Assembly: GCA_050010675.1 (NCBI GenBank)
Contig: JBEKKN010000001.1
Coordinates: 7,465 to 71,464, forward strand
Length of the DNA stretch: 64,000 nucleotides
Reading direction: 5' to 3'
Origin: Verrucomicrobiota bacterium
Lineage (GTDB): Bacteria > Verrucomicrobiota > Verrucomicrobiia > Limisphaerales > UBA11358
Part shown: positions 9,623-19,976 of the stretch, piece after piece
How the letters are laid out: the number at the start of each line of letters is the position of its first letter
How positions within the stretch are numbered: position 1 is the first letter of the stretch
The notes under the pieces: generated by a model
The model's input: only the letters and a program-made list of their open reading frames with translations
Told to the model about the DNA's origin: nothing
The model's database searches: none
Translations under genes and position numbers: made by a program

Positions 9623-10924
9623 TCAACCGGGGGTCGGAGGATTGCGCCGCACTGTCCACCAGGTGACCAGCCCGGCACCGGCGCAAATTACTGCGCCCAC
9701 CGCAATGGTCCATGGCACGCCCACGGCATGAGCCAGGAATCCAGACTCAATGCCACCCAAAGGCATCATGCCGCCGAACACCAGTGCCCAGATGCCCATC
9801 ACCCGCCCGCGCATGGCGTTGGACACGCTGCCCTGGATGAGCGTGTTGGTGGTCGAGAAATAGAGTATCATCCCCCAACCGCCAACGGCCAGGCACAGGA
9901 GCACCAGCGGATACCAACGCACGATGGCCAACAGCGCCAGCATGGCCGAGAACAACCACAGCCCGCCGAGAATCATCAGCCGCGGCCGCACGCGGCTGCC
10001 GTAGGTTGCCACCGTCAGGGCCCCCAAAAGGGCCCCGAAACCATTGGCGCTGAGCAGGACGCCATAGCCACTTTCGTTCACATGAAGTATGTCGGTTGCA
10101 TAGGCTGGCAGCAGCACCGCATACGACCAGCCAAAGACGCCCACCACGCCAAAGAGCAGCAGCAAAATGCGCACGCGACGATGGCCGACCACATATTTGA
10201 AGCCTTCCAGAATATGCCGCCCCGTTGAATGCGGTTTGGCTTGGGGCACAAACCTGGGCAGACGCATCATCCACAGTCCAATAATGACCGCGATGAAACT
10301 GACGCCGTTCAGGATGAAGCACCAGGTGATGCCGACCGACGCCATAAGGAAACCGGCCACAGCAGGGCCTACGACCCGTGCGCCATTCACGATGGAACTG
10401 TTCAGCGATATGGCGTTCATCAGGTCTTCGTGACTGGTCATCTCAACCATGAACGCTTGCCGTGCCGGCATGTCGAAAGCCATCGCCACACCGCCCACCG
10501 CCGCCAGGACCAGAATATGCCACGTTTGAATGTGGCCACTCCCCACCAGCGCGGCAAATACGAAGGCCGTCAGCATCATCCCAATCTGGGTATAGAAAAT
10601 AACGGTTCGTTTGGGATGTCGGTCGGCGACAGAGCCACCCCACAGGGAAAACACCAGCATGGGCAAAGTTCCGACGGCCGCCACCGTGCCCAGCAACACC
10701 TTCGAGCCGGTCAACTGATAAACCAGCCAGCCTTGAGCGGTGGTCTGCATCCAGGTTCCGATAAGCGATACGAGCTGACCGATGAAGAACAGCCGGAAAT
10801 TTCGATGTTTAAGGGCGGCAAAGGTGTCACGCCACGCCACGTTCCCTGTTGGCCCGGGCCGCACGTTGAATTCTGGCGGAGCCATGGCGGCGGGTGTGGG
10901 TGTGGTAGTTTCTTCAGATGGCAT
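9623..10924 (-). CDS. MFS transporter (EntS/MFS_3-like)
   Basis: 433 aa with about 12 TM segments and a typical MFS layout. It is the only minus-strand gene inside the 4.7-49.5 kb block. Confidence 0.85.
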   Translation of the reverse strand: MPSEETTTPTPAAMAPPEFNVRPGPTGNVAWRDTFAALKHRNFRLFFIGQLVSLIGTWMQTTAQGWLVYQLTGSKVLLGTVAAVGTLPMLVFSLWGGSVADRHPKRTVIFYTQIGMMLTAFVFAALVGSGHIQTWHILVLAAVGGVAMAFDMPARQAFMVEMTSHEDLMNAISLNSSIVNGARVVGPAVAGFLMASVGITWCFILNGVSFIAVIIGLWMMRLPRFVPQAKPHSTGRHILEGFKYVVGHRRVRILLLLFGVVGVFGWSYAVLLPAYATDILHVNESGYGVLLSANGFGALLGALTVATYGSRVRPRLMILGGLWLFSAMLALLAIVRWYPLVLLCLAVGGWGMILYFSTTNTLIQGSVSNAMRGRVMGIWALVFGGMMPLGGIESGFLAHAVGVPWTIAVGAVICAGAGLVTWWTVRRNPPTPG

Positions 10925-11156
10925 CGACGGGGAGATATTAACCGGTTACTTCGTTCCAATCGAGTCTCAGGATGAAAATCCAGACGCCCAGCGACGCATT
11001 TGTAGCTGGATGCGTGTGGCCAGGAAAAGTGGCAATATGCTGGGCATGAAAATGTATTCATTGACCGGGTCCGGACGGCGTATCCGGCATTACTTTGGCA
11101 TATCGCTGACCCGCTTATGCAAACCCATCAGGGAGATGGCTTGAACAAAGTTCACC

Positions 11157-11201
11157 TGGGGGTAACACCCCATGTCACTCGCCTTCGCCGCTGCCTATGA
11201 T
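11157..11201 (+). promoter_or_regulatory. candidate promoter, site b: TGGGGGTAACACCCCAT-N22-TATGAT
   Basis: Same element, same orientation and the same 22-nt spacer. ATG-TGA (11209..11214) lies 7 nt after the hexamer. The SDR gene starts at 11329. Confidence 0.55.
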
Positions 11202-11328
11202 TGTGGCTATGTGAAAATGAGAGATGCGTTTCTCCGCATTCCGAGAGTGACTTATGCGGATTGGCAGCCGAAGGCCAAAACGCAAGAGCAGCTCCGGGAG
11301 GTGCTCCTTGACCATTTAAAAAGCGATT

Positions 11329-12195
11329 ATGACCACAAACAATAAAACATCCGCCAAAATTGGGAAACCCGTTTGGTTTATCACTGGCTGTTCGACCGGC
11401 TTCGGGCGTGAACTGGCCACCCAGACACTGGCACAGGGTTTTCGCACGGTGGTGACGGCCCGCAAGCCGGCGGCGGTGGAAGCGTTGGCAGCCAAGGGCG
11501 AGGCCTTGGTGCTCAAGCTCGACGTCACGGATCAACGTCAGATTGACGCGGCCATCAAAACCGCCGAAGAAAAGTTCGGTGGCATTGATGTGCTCGTGAA
11601 CAACGCGGGCATCGGCTATTTCGCGGCGATCGAAGAGGGCGAAGAAAAAGAGGTGCGCCGCATGTTCGAGATCAATGTCTTCGGCATGAGCCGGATGATT
11701 CAAGCGGCGCTGCCGGGGATGCGCCGGCGGCGCAAGGGATTTATCATCAATATATCTTCACTCGCCGGACTGCGTTCCGCGCCGGCGCTCGGATTTTACA
11801 ACGCGACCAAGTTTGCGGTCGAGGGTTTGTCCGGAGCGCTGTCACAAGAAGTTGAACCGCTTGGGATTCATGTAATGGTCGTTGAACCCAGCGGCTTTCG
11901 CACCGATTGGGCCGGACGTTCGGCGAATGAGAGCAAAAAGCAAATTGCCGACTACGCGAAAACGGCGGGAGCGTGGCGCCGTGAACTGCGCGCCGACTCG
12001 GGCAAGCAACCGGGTGATCCGGTTCGCGCCGCGCAAGCCATCATCCGCGCGGTGGAGTCGCCAAAACCGCCCCGCCATCTTTTGTTGGGCAACGATTCCT
12101 ACGAAGGGGCCATGGCCAAGCTCGAAGAGTTGCGCAAAGATTTTTCGGCGGTGGAAACGATTGCCCGCGGAGCCGATTTTCCGAAGGGAAAGTGA
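11329..12195 (+). CDS. SDR family oxidoreductase
   Basis: Rossmann motif ITGCSTGFG, plus NNAG and the catalytic YNATK. Confidence 0.9.
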   Translation: MTTNNKTSAKIGKPVWFITGCSTGFGRELATQTLAQGFRTVVTARKPAAVEALAAKGEALVLKLDVTDQRQIDAAIKTAEEKFGGIDVLVNNAGIGYFAAIEEGEEKEVRRMFEINVFGMSRMIQAALPGMRRRRKGFIINISSLAGLRSAPALGFYNATKFAVEGLSGALSQEVEPLGIHVMVVEPSGFRTDWAGRSANESKKQIADYAKTAGAWRRELRADSGKQPGDPVRAAQAIIRAVESPKPPRHLLLGNDSYEGAMAKLEELRKDFSAVETIARGADFPKGK

Positions 12196-12231
12196 AAAAA
12201 TCAACCAGCTAATAAACGAAATCCAACCAAA

Positions 12232-12840
12232 ATGAAAACCACCATGAACCGTTCCCTCATCGCCCTGGTCATCGCCGCGCTGGCGCTCGGCTCACTGGTA
12301 TCCGCCAGGGCCGCCGTCGAAACCTATAACATTGACCCCGTGCATACCTGGGTCGGATTCTCCATCAGCCATTTCTTTACCAAGGTGCCAGGCTATTTCA
12401 GCAAGGTGAAGGGAACCATCGTCGTGGATCGTAACCATCTCGAAAATAGCACGGTCGAGGCCGTCATTGAAACGGCCAGCATCACGACGAATACAAAGAT
12501 GCGTGACGACGACTTGCGTTCCACGAATTTCTTCGACGCCGCCCGGTTTCCGTCCATGACCTTCAAGAGTGAGTCGTGGAAAAGCACCGGCGATAATACC
12601 TACGCGGTCACCGGCGTGCTCACGATGAAGAATGTCGCGAAGGAAGTTGTGCTTAAGGTAACGTCGCTGGGCTTCGGACCGGGCATGAAGGGTGCCGCAA
12701 TTTCCGGTTGGGAAGCCACGCTCACGTTGGACCGGCGTGATTTCGACATCACGGCGGACCAGGGCGCGATTGGCAACAATGTGGATGTGCTCATCAATGT
12801 TGAAGCCGACCTGCTAAAGACCGCGCCGGCGAAACCGTGA
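12232..12840 (+). CDS. YceI family periplasmic protein
   Basis: Signal peptide, then YNIDPVHTWVGFSISHFFTKVPGYF and LTMKNVAKEV, as in the YceI-like domain. Confidence 0.85.
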   Translation: MKTTMNRSLIALVIAALALGSLVSARAAVETYNIDPVHTWVGFSISHFFTKVPGYFSKVKGTIVVDRNHLENSTVEAVIETASITTNTKMRDDDLRSTNFFDAARFPSMTFKSESWKSTGDNTYAVTGVLTMKNVAKEVVLKVTSLGFGPGMKGAAISGWEATLTLDRRDFDITADQGAIGNNVDVLINVEADLLKTAPAKP

Positions 12841-12910
12841 GTGTTGGTAGTGGCCAACCACTGATTAATCCGATCGGCACTGATTCCAGGTTAATCAACG
12901 AGGAACAGCA

Positions 12911-14374
12911 ATGAATCCTCAAACCGCATTAGTTAACGTCCGCCAGATGGGCGAAGCCGACCGCTTGACGATCGCCTCTGGCAGGACGGTCGTTGAATTG
13001 ATGGAAAATGCCGGCAGTGCTGCCGCCCGCGAAATCGAGAAACGCTGGTCCGCGCGTCCCGTAATTGTGCTGTGCGGCCCCGGCAATAATGGCGGCGACG
13101 GTTTTGTCGCGGCCCGGCATCTCTCCGCAACGGGCTGGCCGGTTCGCGTCGCCTTGCTCGGTTCACCGGATCATCTGACCGGCGCAGCGCGGCATCACGC
13201 GGAGTTGTGGCGCGGCGATGTTCAGCCAATGGCTCCGGACATGCTCGACGGGGCGGAATTGGTGGTGGATGCGATTTTCGGAGCGGGTCTCAGCCGCGCC
13301 CTGGATGGATCCGCTGCGGAAATTTTGTCTGCCGCCGCATGCCGGCGCCTGCCCATTGTTGCCATTGACGTTCCCAGTGGACTGATGGGCGATACCGGCG
13401 ACGTGTTGGGCGCGGTTGCCGCCGTCCTGACGGTTACTTTCTTTCGCAAGAAGCCGGGGCACCTGCTTTTACCCGGCAGGCTGTTATGCGGCGAGGTTGT
13501 TGTTGCCGACATCGGCATCTCATCTTCCGTGCTTGAGCAGATTTCCCCAAATACTTTCGAGAATGATCCGTGCCTCTGGATTGGGAATCTGCCGCGACCG
13601 CAAGACGGGGGAAATAAATATAGCCGGGGTCACGCGTTAATTTCTGGCGGCTATCCTATGACCGGCGCCGCCCGAATGGCGGCCCGCGCTGCGGCCCGGG
13701 CCGGTTCGGGACTTACGACCATCGCGGTTTCCTCGCTGGCTCTGCCCGTCTATGCGGCGGCGTTGACCAGCATCATGGTTCAACCCTTGGCGGCACCGGA
13801 CGATTTTGATTGCCTGCTGGACGACGCTCATTACAAGGCATTCCTCATCGGTCCCGGTGCCGGTGTCGGCGAGGAAACCCGCGCCCGGGTGCTCGCCATG
13901 CTGGAGACGGGTCGCCCCACAGTGCTCGACTCCGATGCGCTCACGACCTTCGCTGACGATCCGCCTACGCTCGATCAAGCGATCACTGGTCCCTGCGTGC
14001 TGACGCCACATGATGGTGAGTTCAAGCGCCTGTTTGACCCGAGCGGCGACAAGCTGACTCGCACGCGCGCCGCGGCCCGTCGCTCGGGCGCGATTATTAT
14101 TCTCAAAGGCAGTGACACCGTGATCACGGCTCCGGATGGCCGGTCGGTTATCAACAGCAATGCGCCACCGACATTGGCCACCGGAGGTTCAGGCGATGTG
14201 CTGAGTGGAATCGTGCTTGGACTCCTGGCGCAAGGCATGGAGCCGTTCCTCGCCGCCTCCGCTGCGGTGTGGCTGCATGGCGCAGCGGCCACTGAATTTG
14301 GCCCGGGCCTGATTGCCGAGGATCTGCCAGATTTACTGCCGGTTGTTTTTCGTCGCCTTCATGAACAGAAATAA
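12911..14374 (+). CDS. nnr: bifunctional NAD(P)H-hydrate repair enzyme (epimerase/ADP-dependent dehydratase)
   Basis: N-terminal YjeF_N domain (LCGPGNNGGDG) and a C-terminal carbohydrate-kinase domain (GGSGDVLSGIV). Confidence 0.9.
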   Translation: MNPQTALVNVRQMGEADRLTIASGRTVVELMENAGSAAAREIEKRWSARPVIVLCGPGNNGGDGFVAARHLSATGWPVRVALLGSPDHLTGAARHHAELWRGDVQPMAPDMLDGAELVVDAIFGAGLSRALDGSAAEILSAAACRRLPIVAIDVPSGLMGDTGDVLGAVAAVLTVTFFRKKPGHLLLPGRLLCGEVVVADIGISSSVLEQISPNTFENDPCLWIGNLPRPQDGGNKYSRGHALISGGYPMTGAARMAARAAARAGSGLTTIAVSSLALPVYAAALTSIMVQPLAAPDDFDCLLDDAHYKAFLIGPGAGVGEETRARVLAMLETGRPTVLDSDALTTFADDPPTLDQAITGPCVLTPHDGEFKRLFDPSGDKLTRTRAAARRSGAIIILKGSDTVITAPDGRSVINSNAPPTLATGGSGDVLSGIVLGLLAQGMEPFLAASAAVWLHGAAATEFGPGLIAEDLPDLLPVVFRRLHEQK

Positions 14375-14446
14375 GGTCATGAGCCGCGGACGGATTCTCG
14401 CTCGCGGTGCGCGAAACCTCAGACCTGGTCGAAACCGAAGAATGTT

Positions 14447-15430
14447 ATGTATGCGATGGTGCTAAAGAAAATTGGTACTGCCCTTGAATGGACAGAGCTC
14501 ACTGATCCCCAACCGGGACCGGGCGAGATTCGCGTGCAGGTGGCTGCCTGTGGTGTGTGCCGCACCGATCTGCATGTCGTGGATGGCGAATTACCGGACC
14601 CGAAAGTTCCAATCATTCCCGGGCACGAAATTGTTGGCCGGATTGATTTGCTTGGGTCGGGCGTCAAAGAGTTGAAAACGGGTGAGCGGGTCGGCATTCC
14701 CTGGCTTGGTCACACTTGCGGCGTCTGTCCATATTGTATCGGCGGCCAGGAAAATCTGTGCGATCATCCGCTCTTCACCGGTTACACCCGCAACGGCGGC
14801 TTTGCGACCATGGTCATCGCCGATGCCCGTTTTGCCTTTCCCCTCGGCGAAGCCGGCAGGGATGCGGCGCTCGCCCCATTGCTCTGCGCCGGACTGATCG
14901 GCTGGCGTTCCCTGGCCATCGCCGGGAATGGTAAAAACATCGGCCTCTACGGCTTTGGCGCTGCCGCCCACATCCTGGCACAGGTCATTAAATGGCAGGG
15001 CCGATCCACGTTTGCCTTCACGCGACCGGGAGATGTTGCCGCTCAAAACTTCGCTCGAAGCCTCGGCGTAATTTGGGCCGGCGGTTCTGACGAGCTGCCG
15101 CCGGAGCCGTTCGACGCGGCAATTATTTTTGCAACCGTGGGCGATCTCGTGCCGCTGGCATTAAAGGCGGTTCGCAAGGGCGGCCGCGTCGTTTGTGCAG
15201 GCATTCACATGAGCGATATCCCAGGTTTCCCCTATCGGTTGCTTTGGGAAGAGCGGCAGCTTGTATCGGTCGCCAATCTCACGCGTCCGGACGGGATTGA
15301 ATTTCTGCGCCTGGCACCGGAGATGGGAATCGTCACCAACACCACAAGCTATCCACTCAACCAGGCCAACCAGGCACTCGCTGATCTCCGCGCCGGGCGT
15401 TTTGAAGGCGCGGCGGTTCTCGTGCCCTGA
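14447..15430 (+). CDS. zinc-binding alcohol dehydrogenase family protein
   Basis: Signatures [20 protein letters not shown] and the Cys cluster [15 protein letters not shown]. Confidence 0.85.
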   Translation: MYAMVLKKIGTALEWTELTDPQPGPGEIRVQVAACGVCRTDLHVVDGELPDPKVPIIPGHEIVGRIDLLGSGVKELKTGERVGIPWLGHTCGVCPYCIGGQENLCDHPLFTGYTRNGGFATMVIADARFAFPLGEAGRDAALAPLLCAGLIGWRSLAIAGNGKNIGLYGFGAAAHILAQVIKWQGRSTFAFTRPGDVAAQNFARSLGVIWAGGSDELPPEPFDAAIIFATVGDLVPLALKAVRKGGRVVCAGIHMSDIPGFPYRLLWEERQLVSVANLTRPDGIEFLRLAPEMGIVTNTTSYPLNQANQALADLRAGRFEGAAVLVP

Positions 15431-15460
15431 GTGCGACCGGCATTCGTTTTTTGGCTTACG

Positions 15461-15505
15461 GTCGGGTTTCACCCCATAGCGCCCGCAAGATTCCCAGATG
15501 ATGCT
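15461..15505 (+). promoter_or_regulatory. candidate promoter, site c: GTCGGGTTTCACCCCAT-N22-GATGCT
   Basis: Same element, orientation and spacer. ATG 15513 lies 7 nt after the hexamer and opens a 39-codon ORF. csbD starts at 15697. Confidence 0.55.
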
Positions 15506-15696
15506 TCTGATCATGGATAATAAAAGCTGGCTTGTCGAAGTGGAGGCTGCGGCCCGCATCTGGGCGGGGGCGATCGTCGCGCCCGACTTGATCGTGGGGC
15601 ATACCGTGTGGATGAGCGTGGCCCGCAAATAAAGCAAAGAACACTTTCCCGTCAGGTTGACGGTTAACAAACACAAAACCAAAACGAACGGATTAT

Positions 15697-15903
15697 ATGA
15701 CCACACTCGAAATCAAAGGCGACTGGAACATCACCAAGGGAAAATTGAAACAGAAATGGGCGAAGCTCACGGATAATGATCTCCGTTACACTGAAGGCCA
15801 GCAGGAAGAACTGGTCGGCCGGATTCAAAAGCTCACCGGCGAGACGCGTGAAGTGGTTGAAAACACGATCAAGGAATACTCCTCTGCCTGCGGTTGCAAG
15901 TAA
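15697..15903 (+). CDS. CsbD family stress protein
   Basis: 68 aa. IKGDWNITKGKLKQKWAKLTDNDL...GRIQKLTG is the classic CsbD-like pattern. Confidence 0.85.
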   Translation: MTTLEIKGDWNITKGKLKQKWAKLTDNDLRYTEGQQEELVGRIQKLTGETREVVENTIKEYSSACGCK

Positions 15904-15948
15904 GCGGACATTTTCAGGCTGCTAACACATGAATCCCAAGGCCCTAAC

Positions 15949-16158
15949 ATGAAAGACCCAGTCTATAAACTCATTGAACTGACCGGCACCTCAACCACGT
16001 CCATGGAAGACGCGGTGGAAAAGGCCATTAAACGGGCGCACAAAACCATAAACAACCTGCGCTGGTTTCAGGTGATCGAAACCCGTGGCAACATCGAAAA
16101 GGGAAGAGTGAATCATTGGCAGGTGACCATCAAGGTCGGTTTCGCCGTGAATGAATGA
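15949..16158 (+). CDS. dodecin family flavin-binding protein
   Basis: 69 aa. [23 protein letters not shown]...[10 protein letters not shown]...WQVTIKVGF matches the dodecin (DUF1458) pattern. Confidence 0.8.
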   Translation: MKDPVYKLIELTGTSTTSMEDAVEKAIKRAHKTINNLRWFQVIETRGNIEKGRVNHWQVTIKVGFAVNE

Positions 16159-16192
16159 ACGGACGGTAAATCGCTAAACGTAAATAGCCACC

Positions 16193-16381
16193 ATGCCCCA
16201 AGACGATAAATCCAGTTACACCGACAAACAGAAACGGCAGGCCGCTCACATCCAAGCCGGTTACGAAAAACGCGGTGTCAGTGTCAAAACTGCGGAAGCA
16301 CGGGCCTGGGCCACCGTGAACAAACTCACCGGTGGCGGAAAACACGGCGGCTCCGGAAGGAAGCGTCACCCATCAACGTAG
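16193..16381 (+). CDS. small basic conserved hypothetical protein
   Basis: 62 aa. YTDKQKRQAAHIQAGYEKRGVS..AEARAWATVNK plus a glycine/basic tail resembles small stress-associated proteins. I do not know the family name with certainty. Confidence 0.5.
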   Translation: MPQDDKSSYTDKQKRQAAHIQAGYEKRGVSVKTAEARAWATVNKLTGGGKHGGSGRKRHPST

Positions 16382-16596
16382 CCGGCGCACCGTTGAACCG
16401 TTATTCGCGCGGCAAGAAAAAGAAATGAATCATCTGGAACCAAAGCCAAAAACCAGGATTGCCCAAGGATTGGCCGCTTCCGCCCATTTGCAATCCGTCG
16501 ATTGAAGTGGCAGCCAAAAACCAGGCAGCCCAATTAAGTAGTCGCATTTGTTTGGTGTCGCCATATGGTTACCAATCTTTTATAAAGCCAACCGGC

Positions 16597-18105
16597 ATGG
16601 CCACAACCGACGCGAGCAACCAACCCAAGCCAGTTCTCCAACGCAACCCCAAGGCCAGCGACCGGGCAACTCTTGCCGCCATTGCGCATCAGGCTATGAT
16701 GGAGCGCGGCTTGGAACCGGATTTTTCGGTGGCGGCGAAACAAGAGCTGGCGGCCATCGGCGGACCGGCCAGGGCGATTGATTCCATGCGGGACCTGCGT
16801 GGCCGCCTCTGGGCGTCCATTGACAACGACGACTCCCGCGACCTCGACCAGCTCACCGTCGCCGAACCGCTCGCGGACGGACAGGTCAGAATTCTCGTGG
16901 CGGTCGCGGATGTGGACGCCCTGGTGCACAAAGGCTCGGCGCTCGACGGCCATGCGGCGCGCAACACCACCTCCGTTTATACGCCCGCCGCGATTTTCCC
17001 CATGCTACCGGTGATGCTGTCCACCAACCTGACCTCGTTGAACGAGGATCAGGACCGCATCGCCGTAGTGGCGGACATGATCTTCAAAGAGGACGGTTCG
17101 CTCGCCACGTCAGAACTTTACCGGGCCCAGGTTCACAACCGCGCAAAACTGGCTTACAACAGCGTCGCCGCGTGGCTGACCGGCACCGGCCCGGCTCCAA
17201 AACGAGTCGCGGAGATTCCTGGACTCGACGAAAACCTTCGTCTTCAGGACCGGGTCGCGCAACGGCTCACAGGGCTGCGCCATCATCACGGGGCGCTCAG
17301 TTTGGAGTCGCTGGAGTCGCAGGCAATTTTCGCCGGCGACGCGCTTTCCACCCTTGAACTGGATCAGACAAACCGGGCGACGCAGTTGATCGAGGAATTC
17401 ATGGTGGCGGCGAACGGGGTGACGGCCATCTACCTCGCCTCGAAAAAGTTTCCATCCCTCCGCCGCGTCCTGCGTGATCCCGAACGTTGGGCGCGTATTG
17501 TTGAACTCGCGGCGGCACTCAAGGAACAACTTCCCGCCGCACCGGATGCCGTCGCGCTCGAAGGTTTTCTGACCCGTCGCCGCACGGCTGCTCCGGAGAA
17601 GTTTGCCGATCTTTCCCTGTCGGTCATCAAGCTCATCGGTCGCGGCGAATACGCGCTCGATCTTTCCGGCGGCGAGGCGCCCGGACACTTCGCGCTGGCG
17701 GTAAAGGATTACACGCATTCCACCGCACCAAACCGTCGCTTCCCTGATCTCATCACGCAACGGCTCTTGAAAGCCGCGCTGGCCGGTGCGCCGCTGCCCT
17801 ATACCATCCCGGAACTGACGGAACTCGCAAAACATTGCACCGATCAGGAAGATGCCGCCACCAAGGTTGAGCGGCAGGTCAACAAGTCCGCCGCCGCACT
17901 GCTGCTATCTGGAAAGATCGGGCAACAGTTCGACGCCATCGTCACCGGCGCGGCGGACAAAGGCACCTGGGTTCGGCTGCTCCAGCCGCCGATCGAAGGC
18001 CGGCTTACGCTCGGTTTTCAGGGACTCAAAGTGGGCGACCGCGTTCGCGTCAAACTCATCCACACCGATGTCCAACGCGGTTTCATAGATTTCGGCCGCG
18101 CCTGA
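16597..18105 (+). CDS. RNB domain ribonuclease (RNase II/R family) with C-terminal S1-like domain
   Basis: The DNDDSRDLDQL motif belongs to the RNB catalytic domain, and the C-terminal KGTWVRL...GDRVRVKLIHTDVQRGFIDF is S1-like. Start set to ATG 16597. Confidence 0.85.
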   Translation: MATTDASNQPKPVLQRNPKASDRATLAAIAHQAMMERGLEPDFSVAAKQELAAIGGPARAIDSMRDLRGRLWASIDNDDSRDLDQLTVAEPLADGQVRILVAVADVDALVHKGSALDGHAARNTTSVYTPAAIFPMLPVMLSTNLTSLNEDQDRIAVVADMIFKEDGSLATSELYRAQVHNRAKLAYNSVAAWLTGTGPAPKRVAEIPGLDENLRLQDRVAQRLTGLRHHHGALSLESLESQAIFAGDALSTLELDQTNRATQLIEEFMVAANGVTAIYLASKKFPSLRRVLRDPERWARIVELAAALKEQLPAAPDAVALEGFLTRRRTAAPEKFADLSLSVIKLIGRGEYALDLSGGEAPGHFALAVKDYTHSTAPNRRFPDLITQRLLKAALAGAPLPYTIPELTELAKHCTDQEDAATKVERQVNKSAAALLLSGKIGQQFDAIVTGAADKGTWVRLLQPPIEGRLTLGFQGLKVGDRVRVKLIHTDVQRGFIDFGRA

Positions 18106-18234
18106 CGTTGCCCGGACCAGATGGCTGCTCGCGCGGTGCCCATTCGCCGCAGTTGTTCAATTCCATCGGCTTGATTCTGCCGGTTGTAAGTGAAATCACA
18201 CCGCCGGTGCTTCACAAAAAGCATCTGATTGCAG

Positions 18235-18279
18235 GTCGGGTTATACCCCATAGCAGGCATTTGGTTGTCCAGCGATGCT
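18235..18279 (+). promoter_or_regulatory. candidate promoter, site d: GTCGGGTTATACCCCAT-N22-GATGCT
   Basis: Same element, orientation and spacer. The gene's ATG 18286 lies only 6 nt after the hexamer, which is leaderless geometry. Confidence 0.6.
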
Positions 18280-18285
18280 TACCGC

Positions 18286-18558
18286 ATGAAACCAAACAAG
18301 TTTTCACCGAACGCAGACCAGAAGCTGGCCCGGGCGCCAAAAAACGCCACCCGTGTGGGTTTAAATAAAAGTAAAACACCTTTGGCACCATTGCCGGGGG
18401 CGGCTGCCCGCCGGGCCTGCAGCGTTTATAAATACCAAGGTTCGCAGCCTGGTCATGAGGTAAAACACTGGCGGGAGGCCGAGGCGCAATTGTTCGATGG
18501 AGTTGAACGCGAAACCCAAATGCATCCGGGTTCGTCACTTTTCATAACCGAACATTAA
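18286..18558 (+). CDS. DUF2934 domain protein
   Basis: ARRACSVYKYQGSQPGHEVKHWREAEAQL fits the DUF2934 pattern (A..AY..Y...G...G....W..AE..L). It is a paralog of the next gene. Confidence 0.7.
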   Translation: MKPNKFSPNADQKLARAPKNATRVGLNKSKTPLAPLPGAAARRACSVYKYQGSQPGHEVKHWREAEAQLFDGVERETQMHPGSSLFITEH

Positions 18559-18572
18559 TAAGTCATTGTTTT

Positions 18573-18824
18573 ATGAAACACCATAAGTTATCCAAAACTG
18601 AATCCGAGATCATTGGCCATGGGCCAACATCGGTCGCCGGCCCGAACAAGAGTGAAATTAATTTCTCGCCCTCGCCAGACGAGGTGGCCAGGAAAGCTTA
18701 CTTTGCTTATGAGAATGAGGGTTCTCAGCCCGGTCACGAGGTGCAGCATTGGCTCAAGGCAGAGGCGGATTTGATCGCGGAACGCAATCTTACCCGGGTT
18801 CACGGTTTTCATAACCGGACATAA
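18573..18824 (+). CDS. DUF2934 domain protein
   Basis: Contains ARKAYFAYENEGSQPGHEVQHWLKAEADL. 83 aa. Confidence 0.75.
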   Translation: MKHHKLSKTESEIIGHGPTSVAGPNKSEINFSPSPDEVARKAYFAYENEGSQPGHEVQHWLKAEADLIAERNLTRVHGFHNRT

Positions 18825-18846
18825 ATTAATTTTCCGGCACAAAAAC

Positions 18847-19302
18847 ATGAACACACCCATCATTGACCGGGACCTGTCCAAGCAGGCGCCGCACAGTCCG
18901 CGGGAACGCATCGGCGGATTCGCCATCGCGTGCCGGGCCGTGGACAAATGCCGCGCCAGTCTGGCGGGTTCGCTCGGCGAATATCACTACGATTGTCCAC
19001 TGGACAACCGGCTCTTCAGTTTCAAGGGCATCACCGGCGACCAGTTCAAAGCCGCCGTCAAGGTCGCGAAAAATTATGACGACGTTGGCGCCTGGCTGCT
19101 GGCCCACGGCACGGCTAAGACGCCACCGGAAATCGAGGATTGGTCGGATGATCAGGAAGCCCGCAGCCCGATGAAAAATCCGGAGAAACGCGCCCGCTTT
19201 ATTGAGAACTGTCATCAACTCGGCCTCGATCCGGACAAGACCACCACGTTTGACTGGTTGGAAGCAGATGATCGTTTCAGTTTCCGCAGTGCGACCGAAT
19301 AA
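18847..19302 (+). CDS. DUF5069 domain protein
   Basis: SPRERIGGFAIACRAVDKCRASLAGSLGEYHYDCPLDNRLFSFKGI matches my memory of DUF5069 family proteins. Confidence 0.65.
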   Translation: MNTPIIDRDLSKQAPHSPRERIGGFAIACRAVDKCRASLAGSLGEYHYDCPLDNRLFSFKGITGDQFKAAVKVAKNYDDVGAWLLAHGTAKTPPEIEDWSDDQEARSPMKNPEKRARFIENCHQLGLDPDKTTTFDWLEADDRFSFRSATE

Positions 19303-19348
19303 CCTTGGTTAACCGGACAACCGACCCTCAACCACGAAGAATTAATTT

Positions 19349-19564
19349 ATGAAAAATCACACCAACAAAGTTGCGGCCCCGCCACAAACTCCGGTTTTTC
19401 CGCAAACCCTGCATGAATTGCGGCCCCCTCACGATAAACCGATGCCCAATCCAAAACCCAAAAAACGGGACAACATATTTTCCAAATCCCGGGACGTGCG
19501 CGAGGATCGCGGCACGCGCGAAATGAAAACGTCGCACAACGACCAAACCTTTCACGCGCGGTAA
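19349..19564 (+). CDS. hypothetical small basic proline-rich protein
   Basis: 71-aa ORF whose start context (TTAATTT-ATGAAA) is shared with the neighbouring small genes. No family recognised. Confidence 0.35.
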   Translation: MKNHTNKVAAPPQTPVFPQTLHELRPPHDKPMPNPKPKKRDNIFSKSRDVREDRGTREMKTSHNDQTFHAR

Positions 19565-19574
19565 TTTTTAATTT

Positions 19575-19976
19575 ATGAAAACAAATCCACTCAAAGAAGG
19601 TGCGCTGACTGAAAAATCCGCCGGTCTCGGCACGGTTACCCCCAAGATGGTACGGGCCCGGGCGGCGGAGTTGGCGGTCATTGACGGTCACTTGTCGAGC
19701 GACGCGACCAAATCTCATTATGCGCGGGCCAAACGGGAGCTGACCGGCGAACCGGATATGGATCCGAAAGATGCGATTCTTGAATCCGCACCCGAGGCTG
19801 AACGCTGGGATCCGGTTCCTGGCTCCACGGGGCAAAAAGTTCCAGCAACTCCGAGCGAAGATGAAGACGATGAAGGGCGAAGTGATAAGGAAAGGCTCGT
19901 CGAAGGCGGAATCGCCGAAGCAGAGATTGAGCAAAGTTTCCAAGCCGCCAAAGCTGCTGCCAAAAAGGATTCATGA
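19575..19976 (+). CDS. hypothetical acidic protein
   Basis: 133 aa. VTPKMVRARAAELAVIDGH...ARAKRELTGE followed by an acidic tail (SEDEDDEGRSDKERLVEGGIAEAE). Its stop overlaps the next start (ATGA). Confidence 0.55.
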   Translation: MKTNPLKEGALTEKSAGLGTVTPKMVRARAAELAVIDGHLSSDATKSHYARAKRELTGEPDMDPKDAILESAPEAERWDPVPGSTGQKVPATPSEDEDDEGRSDKERLVEGGIAEAEIEQSFQAAKAAAKKDS

